A stretch of 64,000 nucleotides of DNA, taken from NCBI GenBank assembly GCA_965178125.1, contig OZ237742.1:496001-560000 (forward strand). The letters are read 5' to 3'. The notes beneath the pieces were generated by a model. It saw only the letters and a list, made by a program, of their open reading frames with translations. It ran no database searches and had not been told where the DNA came from. Shown here piece by piece: positions 37,101 to 50,400 of the stretch. Within the stretch, counting starts at the first letter, position 1. Each line of letters starts with the position of its first letter. The stretch comes from Bilabrum cf. latius. Its lineage: Eukaryota. The position numbers and the translations under genes were made by a program.

Positions 37101-40100
37101 GCATTGCACCTGGCAAATTGCTGTCGGGCGCGATGGATGACTGTGCAGATGGGCCGCTGCTGGACGAATCGGCCGCCCGGACGTTGAAGCGCCCTAGTGC
37201 TTGGCTGACGTCTATTGAACCAACGAGAACTTTGAAATACCCATTGGCCCTAGATAAGCTATCAAAACTGTGCTCCCCGGCCTATTCCAGAATTCTATTG
37301 CCGATTTGCTCCCAGTGCTTGCTCTACTTGCTGGGCTAGCCGGCACCCAGGTCTGCTGCATGCGCCTGGCCAGTAACCCCACGAAAGCCACGCGAGTGCT
37401 ACCCGGCTCGCCTAGAAAGGTCAATACTTGACCCGGGGTATATTACCTGATATTGGGACGTCAAAAGAAAAAAAGAAACAAAGATCGTGATAGCATATGA
37501 GTAATTGGCCGATGATTCATGGTGTCCTAATTTCGAAAGAGGCATACACTATACAGACGGCAACATTCTCACTTCAAACTGACCTGACTCGTTGGAGGCC
37601 CGATGCATACTAACTGGATCTGAAGCTTCGAGTGATACAGGCATGGTGATCACAACCCAATAGGCCCCGGAGATGGTGTCATCCGGACGCACTAGCTGTC
37701 GAGCCAGTTGCTGCACATGTGAAGGGGATGGAGATAGCACACCACCAAGTGTAGTACGAATCACGCTCAGCTATCCCTAGGTTGGCGCAAGAACTATCAA
37801 TGACTTCTGCAGAGGCACACCAGATGCACGCCAAGCATTGCAGACAGCCAATAGTTTACGAGCATCGCTCATCCACAGAGGCTGGCCGCCATTTGACGCA
37901 CCCAAGCTGCATTCTGGCCGAATTATTGCGAGATCAACGCAGAGAATCTCATGTTTAGCCGCCTCTTCAAGTACGTACTTGTGAAGAGCTGCCTCTGCCT
38001 TCTGCTCCTCGGCTGCTGAGATCAAGCAACCCCCGGTCGTGAGCTCGTGTGCCCATGCTGGATTACTGATGAACATGTCCAGCACCTGACCGAGCACCTC
38101 CATTGATGAAGTTACTTTACACTAGGCTTCCTTGTCATTTGCGTCAGTCTGCAGCTTGTGTATGTCGAGCATCTCCTTGGCTCTCATAGCATGAACCCAC
38201 ACGCTTGGCTAGGCACTAATGTCACGAACGCCCACTTTCGGTCCAGCACCGCTTTTAGGAAGTCTGACACGGGTCGGGTTGCGCAAATGCGTCCTGGCGA
38301 CTGGGCTGCTGGTGGCAGCAGCGAATCTCTATGTGCTAGTCGGGGGAGTCTCGACCGCAGAGCTGCGAATACACTACAGAAGTGCTAATAGGCTGGCTAT
38401 AGGATCCACTGTTCCTTGCTTCTGCCTTGAGACTTCATCAGTAGCTAGAAGCGCTGCAGAGTGAGGCAGACCGTTTGACAGTATCATCGAAACAGACTCT
38501 GTGAGCGCAATGGCCGTAGCCTGTTCCTGGATGTCGCGCCTGCAGGCGGGGTAGGTGTTCTTTGCAAGGGGAGTGCGCTTCGCGCTCATCCCTCGGTCCG
38601 TCTATATCTTGCGAATACTATCGTACTTCCCCTGAATGGCACCGATTATAACCCGGCAAATTGTAGCTGAATCCGATCCACGACCCAAAGCCACGAGTTC
38701 GAGCTTTGCCCTAAGGTCTCGATCCATTAGGTTGAGTGAAAGAGCCTCTGCGTCCATGCTTGATATGGCTGCTGCTGCGCGAGCTTTGCGAGACACGAAG
38801 TTCGTGCGGCGTAAATCCACTGAATTTTCCTTAATTGCCGTACGTCCACGTGAGTGACTACTATCTGATAACTGCTCAACTGTTTCTGCACCTGGAAAGC
38901 TTAGTGCAACTCCGGCACCAGGTGCACCATCTTGTCCAACCACATCTGCAGTGCCGATGCTACAACTCCCCGAAATACCTTCGAGGGGCTAACTTGTGTG
39001 GAGATGGCCATGCATGGGTCCAGCGCCGGAGGACTGCGAGCCTGTTGCCTTGCTCCAGACGCCCTGCATGGGTCCAGCGCCGGAGGACTGCGAGCCTGTT
39101 GCCTTGCTCCAGACGCCCTGCATGGGTCCAGCGCCGGAGGACTGCGAGCCTGTTGCCTTGCTCCGGCTGCCCTTCGATGAGCCAGCATTGCGGAACAGCG
39201 AGCCTGTTGCCTTGCTCCAGACGCCCTGCATGGGTCCAGCGCCGGAGGACTGCGAGCCTGTTGCCTTGCTCCAGACGCCCTGCATGGGTCCAGCGCCGGA
39301 GGACTGCGAGCCTGTTGCCTTGCTCCAGACGCCCTGCATGGGTCCAGCGCCGGAGGACTGCGAGCCTGTTGCCTTGCTCCAGACGCCCTGCATGGGTCCA
39401 GCGCCGGAGGACTGCGAGCCTGTTGCCTTGCTCCAGACGCCCTGCATGGGTCCAGCGCCGGAGGACTGCGAGCCTGTTGCCTTGCTCCAGACGCCCTGCA
39501 TGGGTCCAGCGCCGGAGGACTGCGAGCCTGTTGCCTTGCTCCAGACGCCCTGCATGGGTCCAGCGCCGGAGGACTGCGAGCCTGTTGCCTTGCTCCAGAC
39601 GCCCTGCATGGGTCCAGCGCCGGAGGACTGCGAGCCTGTTGCCTTGCTCCAGACGCCCTGCATGGGTCCAGCGCCGGAGGACTGCGAGCCTGTTGCCTTG
39701 CTCCAGACGCCCTGCATGGGTCCAGCGCCGGAGGACTGCGAGCCTGTTGCCTTGCTCCAGACGCCCTGCATGGGTCCAGCGCCGGAGGACTGCGAGCCTG
39801 TTGCCTTGCTCCAGACGCCCTGCATGGGTCCAGCGCCGGAGGACTGCGAGCCTGTTGCCTTGCTCCAGACGCCCTGCATGGGTCCAGCGCCGGAGGACTG
39901 CGAGCCTGTTGCCTTGCTCCAGCTGCCCTTCGATGAGCCAGCATTGCTGAACAGCGAGCCTGTTGCCTTGCTCCAGACGCCCTGCATGGGTCCAGCGCCG
40001 GAGGACTGCGAGCCTGTTGCCTTGCTCTGGGCGTCCTGCATGGGGCCAGCGCCGGAGGACTGCGAGCCTGTTGCCTTGCTCTGGGCGTCCTGCATGGGTC

Positions 40101-40660
40101 CAGCGCCGGAGGACTGCGAGCCTGTTGCCTTGCTCCAGACGCCCTGCATGAGGCCAGCGCCGGAGGACTGCGAGCCTGTTGCGTTGCCTTGGTAGCTGGC
40201 ATCAGTGCGTTGCTTGAATGATCCTGTGTCTGGTATCTACGGGTGCTCCTTAGTGCCCGGCACATGGCGGCGTTTTTTATTGGGATCGGTACTTGCGATT
40301 GGCGACACGACGACCGGCACTTGGTCTTGTCGGTCCCCGGAGAGGTCCCCACCGTCATGGCGTACCGATCTGGCAGAACGGACATTACCACTGCTTCGAG
40401 AGGTACGTTCGCTGTCCTAAAAAACGCCGAATGGTGAGCTCTCAATGTCTTCGCTGGCAGCATAGCGGCGTCCCTGCCCGGCAGAACGCCGTCCGTCCGG
40501 CGGTGGCGGTGCCGAGCTTGCCGTTCGTGAAGACAGAATGCCAGCGGACCGATCAGACGTCAGGCCCTGAGCATCAGTCCTACTAATGGTATTCTGATAG
40601 CCATGTTGTCTCCCTTGCAATCCTTTGACAGACCGCAAGGATCCTCTCGAGGTCTCCTGC
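34162..40660 (-). CDS. Orphan protein of ~2170 codons with 18-aa tandem repeats and a C-terminal ankyrin-like pair; 5' end unresolved (probable upstream exon)
   Basis: Thirteen minus-strand ORFs from 40417..40710 to 34162..34440 share a frame; gaps read contain only TAG (incl. TAG-TAG-CAG at 36022-36030); terminal TGA 34162-34164. C-terminus PLAAMHGRYKEL..SALEAATIGGHTRCVDLLLEY. Confidence 0.7.
39011..40190. repeat. 54-bp minisatellite, ~22 units (MQGVWSKATGSQSSGAGP on the minus strand)
   Basis: Unit tgcatgggtccagcgccggaggactgcgagcctgttgccttgctccagacgccc repeated head-to-tail; two related variant units near 39165-39200 and 39921-39956. Confidence 0.97.
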
Positions 40661-41428
40661 GTGCAGCAAGAAAGCGAGCAATCACGAGATACGGTCCGTT
40701 TCAGCCACAAACGCGAGGTAGACTCGGGCCTTTTGCCGCCAAACCGTTTAAATGTGCTAGTAATATCAATAATAGGATGTCAACAAAAGGCTGGCCGGAT
40801 CCTGGACCCGGTAATTTTTGAACGAAAGCAAATGCTCGCCCAAATTGCGATCTCACAGTCTCCGCACCGTAGATAGATTGCGGCCTACAAATAAACCACC
40901 AACTGAATACTTATGTACATGAGCATACACACAATAGCTTGGTGTGGCCAAATTAACAGGCACTGCAGGATCGATACACAGCTGTGCAATCGAATGAGCA
41001 AACCACACACCGACCTATCTCGGTCACAATCTCGGTTTCCGTGTGCTACTTCGCACAAGCAGTAGAAAACAGCATCAAAACTCACCATAGATTGATCGGA
41101 AACGGACTGGTAGTCGCAATTCATTGCGCGACTGAGGTGAACCGTCGAGAGATGGTCGCCACATTGGGCGCAAACCGGAACAAATTACTGCGATAGCGAA
41201 AGTTCGGCACAATTCCGGGATGTTCGTGAACTCGCTAAAACATCAGGAAACACGGTCTGCACCCAGACTATCAACCTACCCGACAAGAGAAATCGTAGTA
41301 CAGTACTCAATCACTGGCTCTCCTTCTTGGGGAGCCTCCGAATCAATATTGTGGGTCTATCCACCGTTCCATCGCGCAATCCTGCACGGTGCACCAACGC
41401 TGCATGCAACACACGATCATCCCCACGC

Positions 41429-44400
41429 TCAGAACGACGCTGCCTCTCTACAGATAGAGCAACCAAGGGCCTCTTCATCCCCGATGGGCGCATGGCTGCC
41501 TCCAAATGGGCAAGGACCTTCCAGCTGCTTGCCGAGCGGACCCGCTGGGCACTTGGGGAGCTTGCCGTCCTTCTTCATCTGTGGGCCCACTCCAGGCCGG
41601 TTGTGGCAGTCCCCACAAAAGTGAGTTGTTCCCCAACAGAACCAAACTGCAGGAGAGCAGCAGAACTGGCACCGCCACTGGATAAAGTCGGTGCCGTGCT
41701 TGGGGCAGGCGGCATCAGCAGCCATTGGCTGGCACGACGGGCAGATCAGCTCGCTCTTGTCGAATTCCGGGGCACCAGCTGCTCTGCACATATGCCTTCC
41801 ACCATAGTATGGTTTGCTGCATTTAAAGCACTCCATGTAGTCAAACTCGTGCAACGCAAACGCGAGCTTGTCCCCGCCGTAGTCCGCCTTGATCGCAGGG
41901 TCATTCTCTAGGTTTTCGTACCTCAACCGCATCAAAGCACGCTTGTGGTGTTCCTATTGCACCTTAAGCAAAGGATCAATTAGGTCAGAAAGAGCAGGGT
42001 GGTCCATCTGCTGCCGGCAAGTCATGCAGCCAAGGAACTTCCAAGAGATCTCGGGTCCTGGGTATCCAGACTTGACCCTTTGCTGAGCGCAGTGCTAATG
42101 GAAATTGTGACCACAGCTAAGATGGACACAGGGAGCTTCGTTAAGTGCTTCCGTGTAGCAGGCGGTGCACATATCCTCTCCTTCGATGTTGACTCCGTCA
42201 CACCCCTGGAAGCACGGCATGTGCTTCTCCTCGCCCTTCACGCCGAAACACATGTGGCCGCACTCGAGCAGCGCGCCGCAGGCTTTGGACGCATACTCCT
42301 CGCAGTCCTCGTCGTTGCACACGTCTCGCAGGCCGGGCCCCTCGAACTCCTTCGAGGTTCTGTTCTGCTCAGAGAGGCCCGTCTTGCAGAAGCGGCATTC
42401 CGAGGTGCCTGCCGATGCCTGCGCACCGGACGATCCTGCCGAGAACGGGTCCTTCTTGAAGTCGAGTACGGCCAGGAATTTGCCATTGTATACCACACAG
42501 TGCAACCAAGAGAACTTGACTCTGGCAGTGTCCCCTCCACCGGTGGTTTCGAGCGATGGCAGTCGCTTTGCCAGCCTCTGACGCACTTCCGCTTCGGTAG
42601 GCAGCTCGAGCTTTTTCTGAAGAGCCGCCTTGGCCTCCGCCACGGCCTTGCGGGCCTCTTCGGACAGCTGTGGTTCCTGTGCCGCAGGACTTCCGGCTTC
42701 CAAGTCCTCTTCCTTAGACTCCTCCTTCAGGGGCTTTCTTCGGTGTCCGCGGACAGATCGAGGCAGGTGCAGCACCTTGTCGCATTCAGCGCACGTAAAC
42801 AGGGGCCGGTTGAGACCGCGCAGCTTGCCGCAATCGAGGCACTCGAAGTCCGCTTCCGTTTCGCCATCATCGTGCTGGTCGCAGTAGCACACAAGGGGGC
42901 GGATGTAAGCCTCAGCCTGCTTCTCCTTGGATAACTCTGTCGCTGGGGGCAAGATGCCGTCCAGGTCGGTGCGCTTCGCAAGCTCTTCGTCGCCTCGGAT
43001 GAGGGCGAGGGCACCGACCGCGAGCCACGAGCGCGCAAAGTACGCCACCTTGACAGGGGCAGAGACTGCTTGCTCCGCGCGTGCAGCCAGCGACAAGATA
43101 GTGGCCCCGACCACGCTCTTGATTCTGGTGGACCAGCCGCTGCTGGCGCTCCTGCCCATATCCAACGACGTCACCTTGGGCTTCTTGTGCTGTTCCAGCC
43201 CGGCGTCCTTCGCGATGTCGCTGTGAGACAGCAGCGGATACACCAGCTGGCGGGTTATCACTTTGGCACGCTCTGACAAGCTATCGGCCTTCTCGACACT
43301 CAGCAGACGGGCACTGTCACCAGCGGCAAAGCGAGCCGCTGCTACGGCCTCTGGATCGAGTGGAGGAGGTGACGCACCGGACGCAGCCCCGCTACCAGCC
43401 GCAACAGCTTCTCCGAGTATTTCTGCGGCCGCCGCTGCCGCCTCTTCCGGGGGATGGCCAAACTCTGAATCAATGGCAAATGGGTCGGCGGCTCCTGCCC
43501 CACTCGCGGCTGCTCCGGCCTCCGCCTGCGCCATAGCCTGCGCACTGGCTGCCTCGGCGATCTCGTTCAGGGCCTCTTTCGCCGCATCGGTGCCCTTGTC
43601 CTGCTCCCACAGCTGACGTAATAGCCTGACGAGTCCTCGAGCCACCCCGTGGTCCACGCTACCTACGACGCCCAACCGATCGCTCATGACCGCCTTACCG
43701 CTCACTGACCTACCGCCAGCCTTACCCCTCACCTGCATCTCAAACGCCTTGGCAATGACCATGAGAATTGCCACGACGATGCCAGCACGTCCGCTCTCCA
43801 TGTGGGCAGCATCGTCTGCGCTCAGGTCTGGCAGCTGCGATGCCGAATCCACGGACTTCAAGGCATCCTTCGCCATGGATTCCGGGAGGCATTCCCTCTG
43901 CACCTTGATGGAGGAATCGAGGCTGGACGGCGCCACCAGCGGAAGCACTCGCCTGAGGACGCCAAGGATGGATCTCTGGATCCTTGGCGAGCCCAGGGGC
44001 AGCAGCCTTAGCAGCTGAGGGACAATCCTGGAGGCAGACTTGACAACCTTAAGCTAGCCAGGCTTGGTCCCGACGAGTGCGTGGAGCATCTCGACCATTT
44101 CGAACATGTGCGCCTCCTGCGCGGGCGACGATGCAGTCTTGAGCGCTTCTGCACCAGCGGTGGCGCTGCGCTGGCCCCGCCCCGCCTGGCGCACCGCTGC
44201 CGCGGCGATGCTCCCGAGACGCTAGGCTTCCATCTCGACCTCGCCGGCCACGAGGTTGAAGACGTTGTGCTGCAAGCCAGAGAGGGCCGCCCTCGCAGGT
44301 GCGAGTGCCTCTGCGCTGCCGTGCACGCCAAACAGAAGGCTCGCGACCCTGTGACGGACGTCCGAAGCATCCTTCGCGAACTGAGGCGACGCAATCGCCT

Positions 44401-47400
44401 ACATGGCAAGCTCCTGCTGCCTGCCGCCGGCATCGTAGCCGTCGTCGCCGTGGTCCACGTTACCCTCTTCATCCACCTGCACCCCAGGCGCCTGCAGGCT
44501 CCCAAACACGCGCTCCGCGAGGGACCGGAACGTGGACAGGGCCGATTCTCGGATCGAGTCGGCCACGGGGATCTTCGGCACCGACGTGCACATGATCTGC
44601 ACGCCGCGGATGCGTGGGTTGCCCTTGCCGGTCTTGACCGTCACGCGGAGCATGGGCGGCAGAGCGCACCGCAAAGACTTTGCGAAGCTGCGGGACGCTG
44701 CCTCGGACACGCCAGCCTCACCGCTATCGGCGGCCCCCGGCAGGTTCCAGCCGCCCGCAGAGAGTCCCATCGCGGCCGACATGTGCGTCGTCTTGGCGAT
44801 CGAAAGGGGCAGCCAGCCGCAGAACTTTGGCGGAACCTTCGCCGACGCCACCTGTTTGAGTTTGGCAGCCGACTCGCCCAGGTGCAGCTGCACCTCGGAG
44901 GGTGCGTTGTTCTCGTCTCTCGACGTATCCACAGCCACGAGGACGCAGGCCAGTTCGGGCGAGGCTCCATCGGGCAAGCCCACCAGATCGCGCACCGCGA
45001 CCTCATTCGGGCGGAAATCGACCTCCCTCTTGCTGTCGCCGCCGCTCGGTTCCCAGAACGTGTCTGTTGCGGCGTCCGTCACGTAGCGTTTCCTGGCCTC
45101 GTTCGAGGACACGGCAACTTCGCAGGATCCCGCAACGTCGATCTGAGCAGCCACGGCAGACCTTGACCCGCCCCGCATCTGGCGATGCTTTTTGGCCAGC
45201 GCCCTCTTGCCAGCCAGGGCCTCCTTGGCCTGCTTGGCCAGCTCCTGCGCCCGCTGCCTGCGGGCAGCGCGTTCTTCAGCGTCGGCCTCGGGTGCAGCGG
45301 CAGCGGCGGCCCCGCCCGGCGCCGCGTGGGCGTCGTCGCCGTCCACCGCTGCACCATCAGCGCCTGCCGCCGCGCCCCCAGCGCCTTCCCCTTTGCCCTT
45401 GCCTTCAGACTCCTCATCAGCTCCAGCCCCCGACGCTGGTCCATCATCAGGCTGTCCGTCCTGGTCCTCGTCCTCGTCGTCCTCGTCCTCCAGCTCGATC
45501 TCGGCATGCCCAAAGTCCACGTCATAAGACTGCCACCACTCGTCATCGGTGGAAACACCATCTGTGCTATGGGCATGCATTAGGTCCTTCAGCTGGTCGA
45601 AGACAGACGACGCGGCGAGCAGCGGGTGGTCTCCAGCGTCCAGTCGAAGGGACCAGCTTTGGAGGGCAAGCTCCTGGATGGACCGCAGAGTAGAGCTCGG
45701 GGCCGCCAGGTGCGGCACCGGCACGAGCTCCAGTGGCTTGCTCGACGCCTCGTCCGCCTCATGGCCATCGGCCCCCTCAGCCTCCTTGGACTCCTCGGCG
45801 CCCGCGCCCACCGAATGCATCCGTCTCGGAGGCATCATCGCGAGCTCACCCGGGTCGGGAGCGGGCGCCTCCGGTTCGTCCGCGCCCGCGCCAGACGAAG
45901 GTCCGGCGGATGGCTCCCTCTTGACCAGCATGGAGGCTTCATCCGGCATGGCCCTAATGCTGGTCAGGCGACTGGCCACCTGATCCAGAAGCAGGTGCAT
46001 AGCTCGCCTAGCAGCCGCCATCGACAGCGCGCCGGCTGCCTTGCAACCAGCCAGGATAGGGGCACACTCCCGCTCAATGTTCTATTGGTACATGTGCACG
46101 CCACGCTGCTCCGCCTTGAACTTGGGAGCAGCTGCCTGGATCGCCTTTGGCACTTCCCCTGCCAGCTCCTGCACCACACCAAAATCGGGGTGGCCACCAG
46201 CGGACAGGAGTTCCGCGAGCACTCGTTGCAGGACCCCTGTGGAGCCCAGAGCCACGGACACATCGTCTGTCGCCTCGTCAACCCCTATCTCACCGCGCAG
46301 AATGGCGGCACAGAACCACAGGGCCGTCCGAAGCAAGGCTGGTGATCGGCTGGTGCTTATCATCTACCGGGCGAGATCCAGACCCCTTCGCCTGTAGCTT
46401 GCCTGCACTCCTGCTGCCACCGCCGCGCACCGAATAGCATCTGGATCGGCTGGCAGCTGGCCGCTTAGGAACGACATCACCCCCAGGATGGTCCTTGGGA
46501 GCGCAGCACCCGGGCCGCTGGCTGCCTGGGCGGCACCTGCGGCAGCTGCGTCCCCTTCTAGGCTCAGCGAAGTGGGATCGGCTCCGCTTGCGTTGGAGAG
46601 AGGCTTCCTAGCCGTTGACAAGGCATGCACCTGCCCCGTGCCGTCGAAGCTGCCGGCCTGGCTGGCAGCCTGCGAGAGCTTTGCCAGGGCCCTGGTCGGC
46701 ACGTCAACCTGCCGGGCGTACCTGTTCCCGACGATCACTACGTCGAGACCCTAAGATGGCATCGAGTGCGCCACCCGTCCGACCGACTCGACCACCGCGC
46801 CCCCAGCACCTTGGTCCGATCTCGACCGCATCAGCCTGGGCGGGGCAACGTGGGGCAGCGCAAGCGTCTCGGACCCTCGGCGCTAGGTCGGCATGCCGCC
46901 CCCGCGCGCCGGTGCCACGGCCGGTCTCGACCCCTGCGAGGAGTCGTAGCTGCTCGCCCGCACCAGAGGAGCAGGGGTGATCGTTGCGCCCGGATCGCTC
47001 ATGCCCCGGCCAGGCCCCGGAGGAGCGCCGAGTCCCAGCCCGGGGGGCGCAGCTGCACCAGCCTTCTCCTGGTCATGCTGCTCCTACTCCGCCTCCTCCG
47101 CAAGGTAGCTCGCCCTGCGGATCAGCGGGGGGGCCTCCTCGCCATCCCGCAGCATCATCTGCTGCACCGCGTCGTCAGCAATGCCCGCACGTGCCGCCGC
47201 GGCTGCGGCATTCGCCTGTGACTGCAGCACACTGCTGGTCGCTAGCCGCTGCAGATCGAGAGCTTCCGCAGAGGCCCTACCAGACGAATTGAACTCCAGC
47301 AGCAGCAGCGCGCGGGCCTCGATCTACGAGGCGCTGGCGGCGCCCGCCGTGGTCGCTGAATTGAACAGGCCCTAGGCCGCGATCGCCTGCGCCAGCGAAC

Positions 47401-50400
47401 GGGCATAGCCCGCCTTGTCCGCCTGCTGCTTGCGTCCCACCAGATCGGTGATGGCACCACCAGCGCGACGGCCGAGCTCGTGCATCACGTGCGACTGCAG
47501 AGCACGAGTACCTGGCAGGGCAGACCACGTGCTGGACGCAGCCTCTAGCACCGTCTGCACTGCCAGTGCCTGGGCCTCGACCGTAGAGCCCTTTCTGAAG
47601 TCTCCAAGGAGCAAAGGCAGCTCAAAGCCGGAGCCAGCCATGACCTCACGCACGGTCTATTTCCCACCGGCCGCAGCATCGACCAGCCCAAGCCTGTAGC
47701 CAGCCGCCGCAATGGCACCGGGGCGCTAGGCCTCCAGTCTAGCGAGCCTGAATGGCTCAGAGCCAAAGTTCATGTGAACCTTAGTGCCCTGAGACATGGC
47801 CACGCAGGCCCGGACCGACGCGAAGTTCACGTCAGGCAGCGATTCCTGCTCCTTGAACCACTCCGGGCCGTATATCGGCGGGAGCTCCTGCCCATTGAGC
47901 GTGAAGAACACCGATCTTGTCGAGGGGCTGTACCCTACGCCGACCGTGTCCCCTGCCTTGCCGAAGCGGGGACCGGCCGGCATGCGGGAGTTGTAAAAGT
48001 TTCCATCTCGGCCGTACCACCCGAGGCTACCCGGCGCACCGCCTGGGTGGCACTTGATCGCCTCACGTCCGTCATCCGCGACGAGTCCTACTGAGATAGA
48101 CCCGTGGTAGCCTTCATTCACAATGGTGCACTCAAAGTAGGTGAGGCCATCGGGTGCCCGTGCCCTCGGATCCCCTGGAAGGTCAGACTTTCCGGAGAGC
48201 ATCCACTCCCACGTTTCGAAGGGAGTGCTCAGCACGGCGCAATCGGTGCAGTGGGGCAAGCCAGGCTTCATGGGATAGCCGCGGCTCGGGTCGTCGAGCA
48301 GCTCTGCCCGCACGTCAGCATCGGCATCGACGTCGGCGCTGGCAACTACACCTGCAGCAGCACTGCCGGCAACTTTGTCGTCGCTCGATGCCTGCTTGTC
48401 GTCGGCAACCACGGACCAGCCGCTCTCTTCTTTGCCAAATAGACCTCCCATCATCGCACCGCTCGCTTCACTGCTATAGCTACCCTCGCTTTCGTCTCTC
48501 TGCTATGCGATGCCAGGTTGCTCCAGACCAGACTTGGCCTCGCCCCCCCCTTCGAGCGGCTCTGGTGCCGCTTTCACCCCCGCTGCGTCCAGTGCAGTCT
48601 TCTCCCCACCGTCTTTGTTTGCTTCTGCGCTGAGTGGCAGCGCACTCTGCTCGATGGGACCCGAAGTGGCAGCATTTGCCGCCTTGCCTTCAAGGCTCTG
48701 GACTTTTGCCTAGTGGCTGCGCTTCATGTCAACCCTCTGACCCAGCGTAACTATCAACGGCTGCTCACGCAGCTCCCTCCAGAGATCAAGCATCTGCTGC
48801 TTGTGGAACTGCGATACTCGAGCCGAGATCGCTGCGGGCCGGTCGCCCACGCTGCCTCCGTGAACACCGAACTTGGGCACGCGCTTCGGATCGGCAAGCA
48901 TGGCCATGGCGGCAGCTGGCGCCTCGCCAGCCTTCGGAGACATACGGACCTTGGTTCGCCCCTTTTGATCCTTGTATCCGATGGCCAGCTGGAGGTCTTC
49001 AGGTCGTACCGGGAGACAGGGTGGATCGGCACCGACAACAAACGCAGGCACCGACCCAGGCCTGAGCTCGGCACCAAAAGGTCCTTGCGGGGCGCGGCCG
49101 CGAGTCGTCCGCTCTTCAAAAGCCTAGGCGCCCTCGTGCACCAGGGTCAACACGTCGCTGCGCTGCACGCTTGCAGCCACAGTGGACCGCAGCAGCCGCG
49201 ACAATTCGAACATCGACCTCAGCACAGCGGGCAGGCTGTCTGCCACGGCGGCAGCCTCCTTCGCACCGGCGCACCGAGCTGCTGTCTCGGGTGTTACGCT
49301 GACCTTGACCTCGTCCGCCGGCTCGGTGGCATCTGCTCCAGCGCCAGACGCAGCTGCCACTGCGCCGGCGATGTCGCCCTCACCTGCCGCTGGCTTGAGG
49401 CCCTGCAGTCCCGACCTAGGGTGCAGCTCCAGGTAGGATGCAGCCACTTGCGCGTCCCTCGCCACGTTCATGTGCCAGCAAAGAGCCGCAAAGGACGTGA
49501 GCATGGCGCGCATGTCGCCCTCGTCCGGGCGGAAACGGCGAGGCAGCACGGACGCAACGGGCTTGCCTGTAGATTTGCCCTACTTCTCGGTCTGGCTGTC
49601 CGCAGCCGCGTCAGCCTCAGTCGCAGCAGCGGCTGCATCACCACCTTCTACATCGGTTGAGCCCTTGTCGTCTAGAAGGTCTGATTCTTGCTCCTTCATC
49701 ATGCGCTCGATCTCGCCTGTCTCCTTCCACTGGAGAACTAGCGCCATGGCCTCATTCGGGTCGTTGTCCGACATCTCAATTGCCTTGGCCATGCTTTCAA
49801 GGGGGCACCACACGAGGCCCATAGCCTCGATCAGGTCTTTCGCGATCTGGAAAGGGGCAGACTTCATCCTCTCTTCTCTCTCCTTCTCAGCCTGTTCGCG
49901 CTTCTTCTTGGCCTCCTCGGCCGCCTGCGCCTTTTTGGTCTCAAGCTCCTTCTGCTTGCGCACCTTAACCTCTTCTTCCAGCTTGCCGGACGCGTCCTAC
50001 AGGTTCGATCGGTAGAGCAGGTACGCAGACTTGGCGCTTTCGCTCTCCCGGAGCCAGACCAGGCAGAGCCACGCGCCGAGTCGCTGCCCCGGCGGGAGCA
50101 CTCGGATCGCGGATGCAATTCGCTGCAGGTCCTGCGCGCCCGGTGAGCCGCCTCGAATACCCGCGGACTCCTTGGCATCTTTCAGGGCATCTACGCCCAT
50201 GCAGAGCTCTTTGAAGAAAGCCAACGACTGGTCTTCTTCCCGCAATTTCTTAGAAGAGGGACCATACCCTTGCACTTGGGCTGCTTGGCGCATCCGCGCG
50301 GTTGTCGCCTGGATTCCGCCGGACAGCAGCGGCGATTCAAGCAGCGGTCGTGATCGGAGCACCTGCAGCGCCAGAGGAAGCCTGGAGCTATCCGACTGCG

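Noticed and set aside
39011-40190. CRISPR-like array
   Set aside because: Units are contiguous with no unique spacers, the period is a multiple of 3, the context is eukaryotic and no cas genes are present.
38835-40463. Alternative-frame ORFs over the tandem array (371, 399, 520 aa)
   Set aside because: They arise from a stop-free repeat unit; only the MQGVWSK frame connects to the long flanking frame.
33350-41599. Terminal inverted repeats of a Polinton/virophage or DNA transposon
   Set aside because: One arm is the coding end of a host gene, the arms are diverged, and no integrase, polB, ATPase or capsid motif was recognised.
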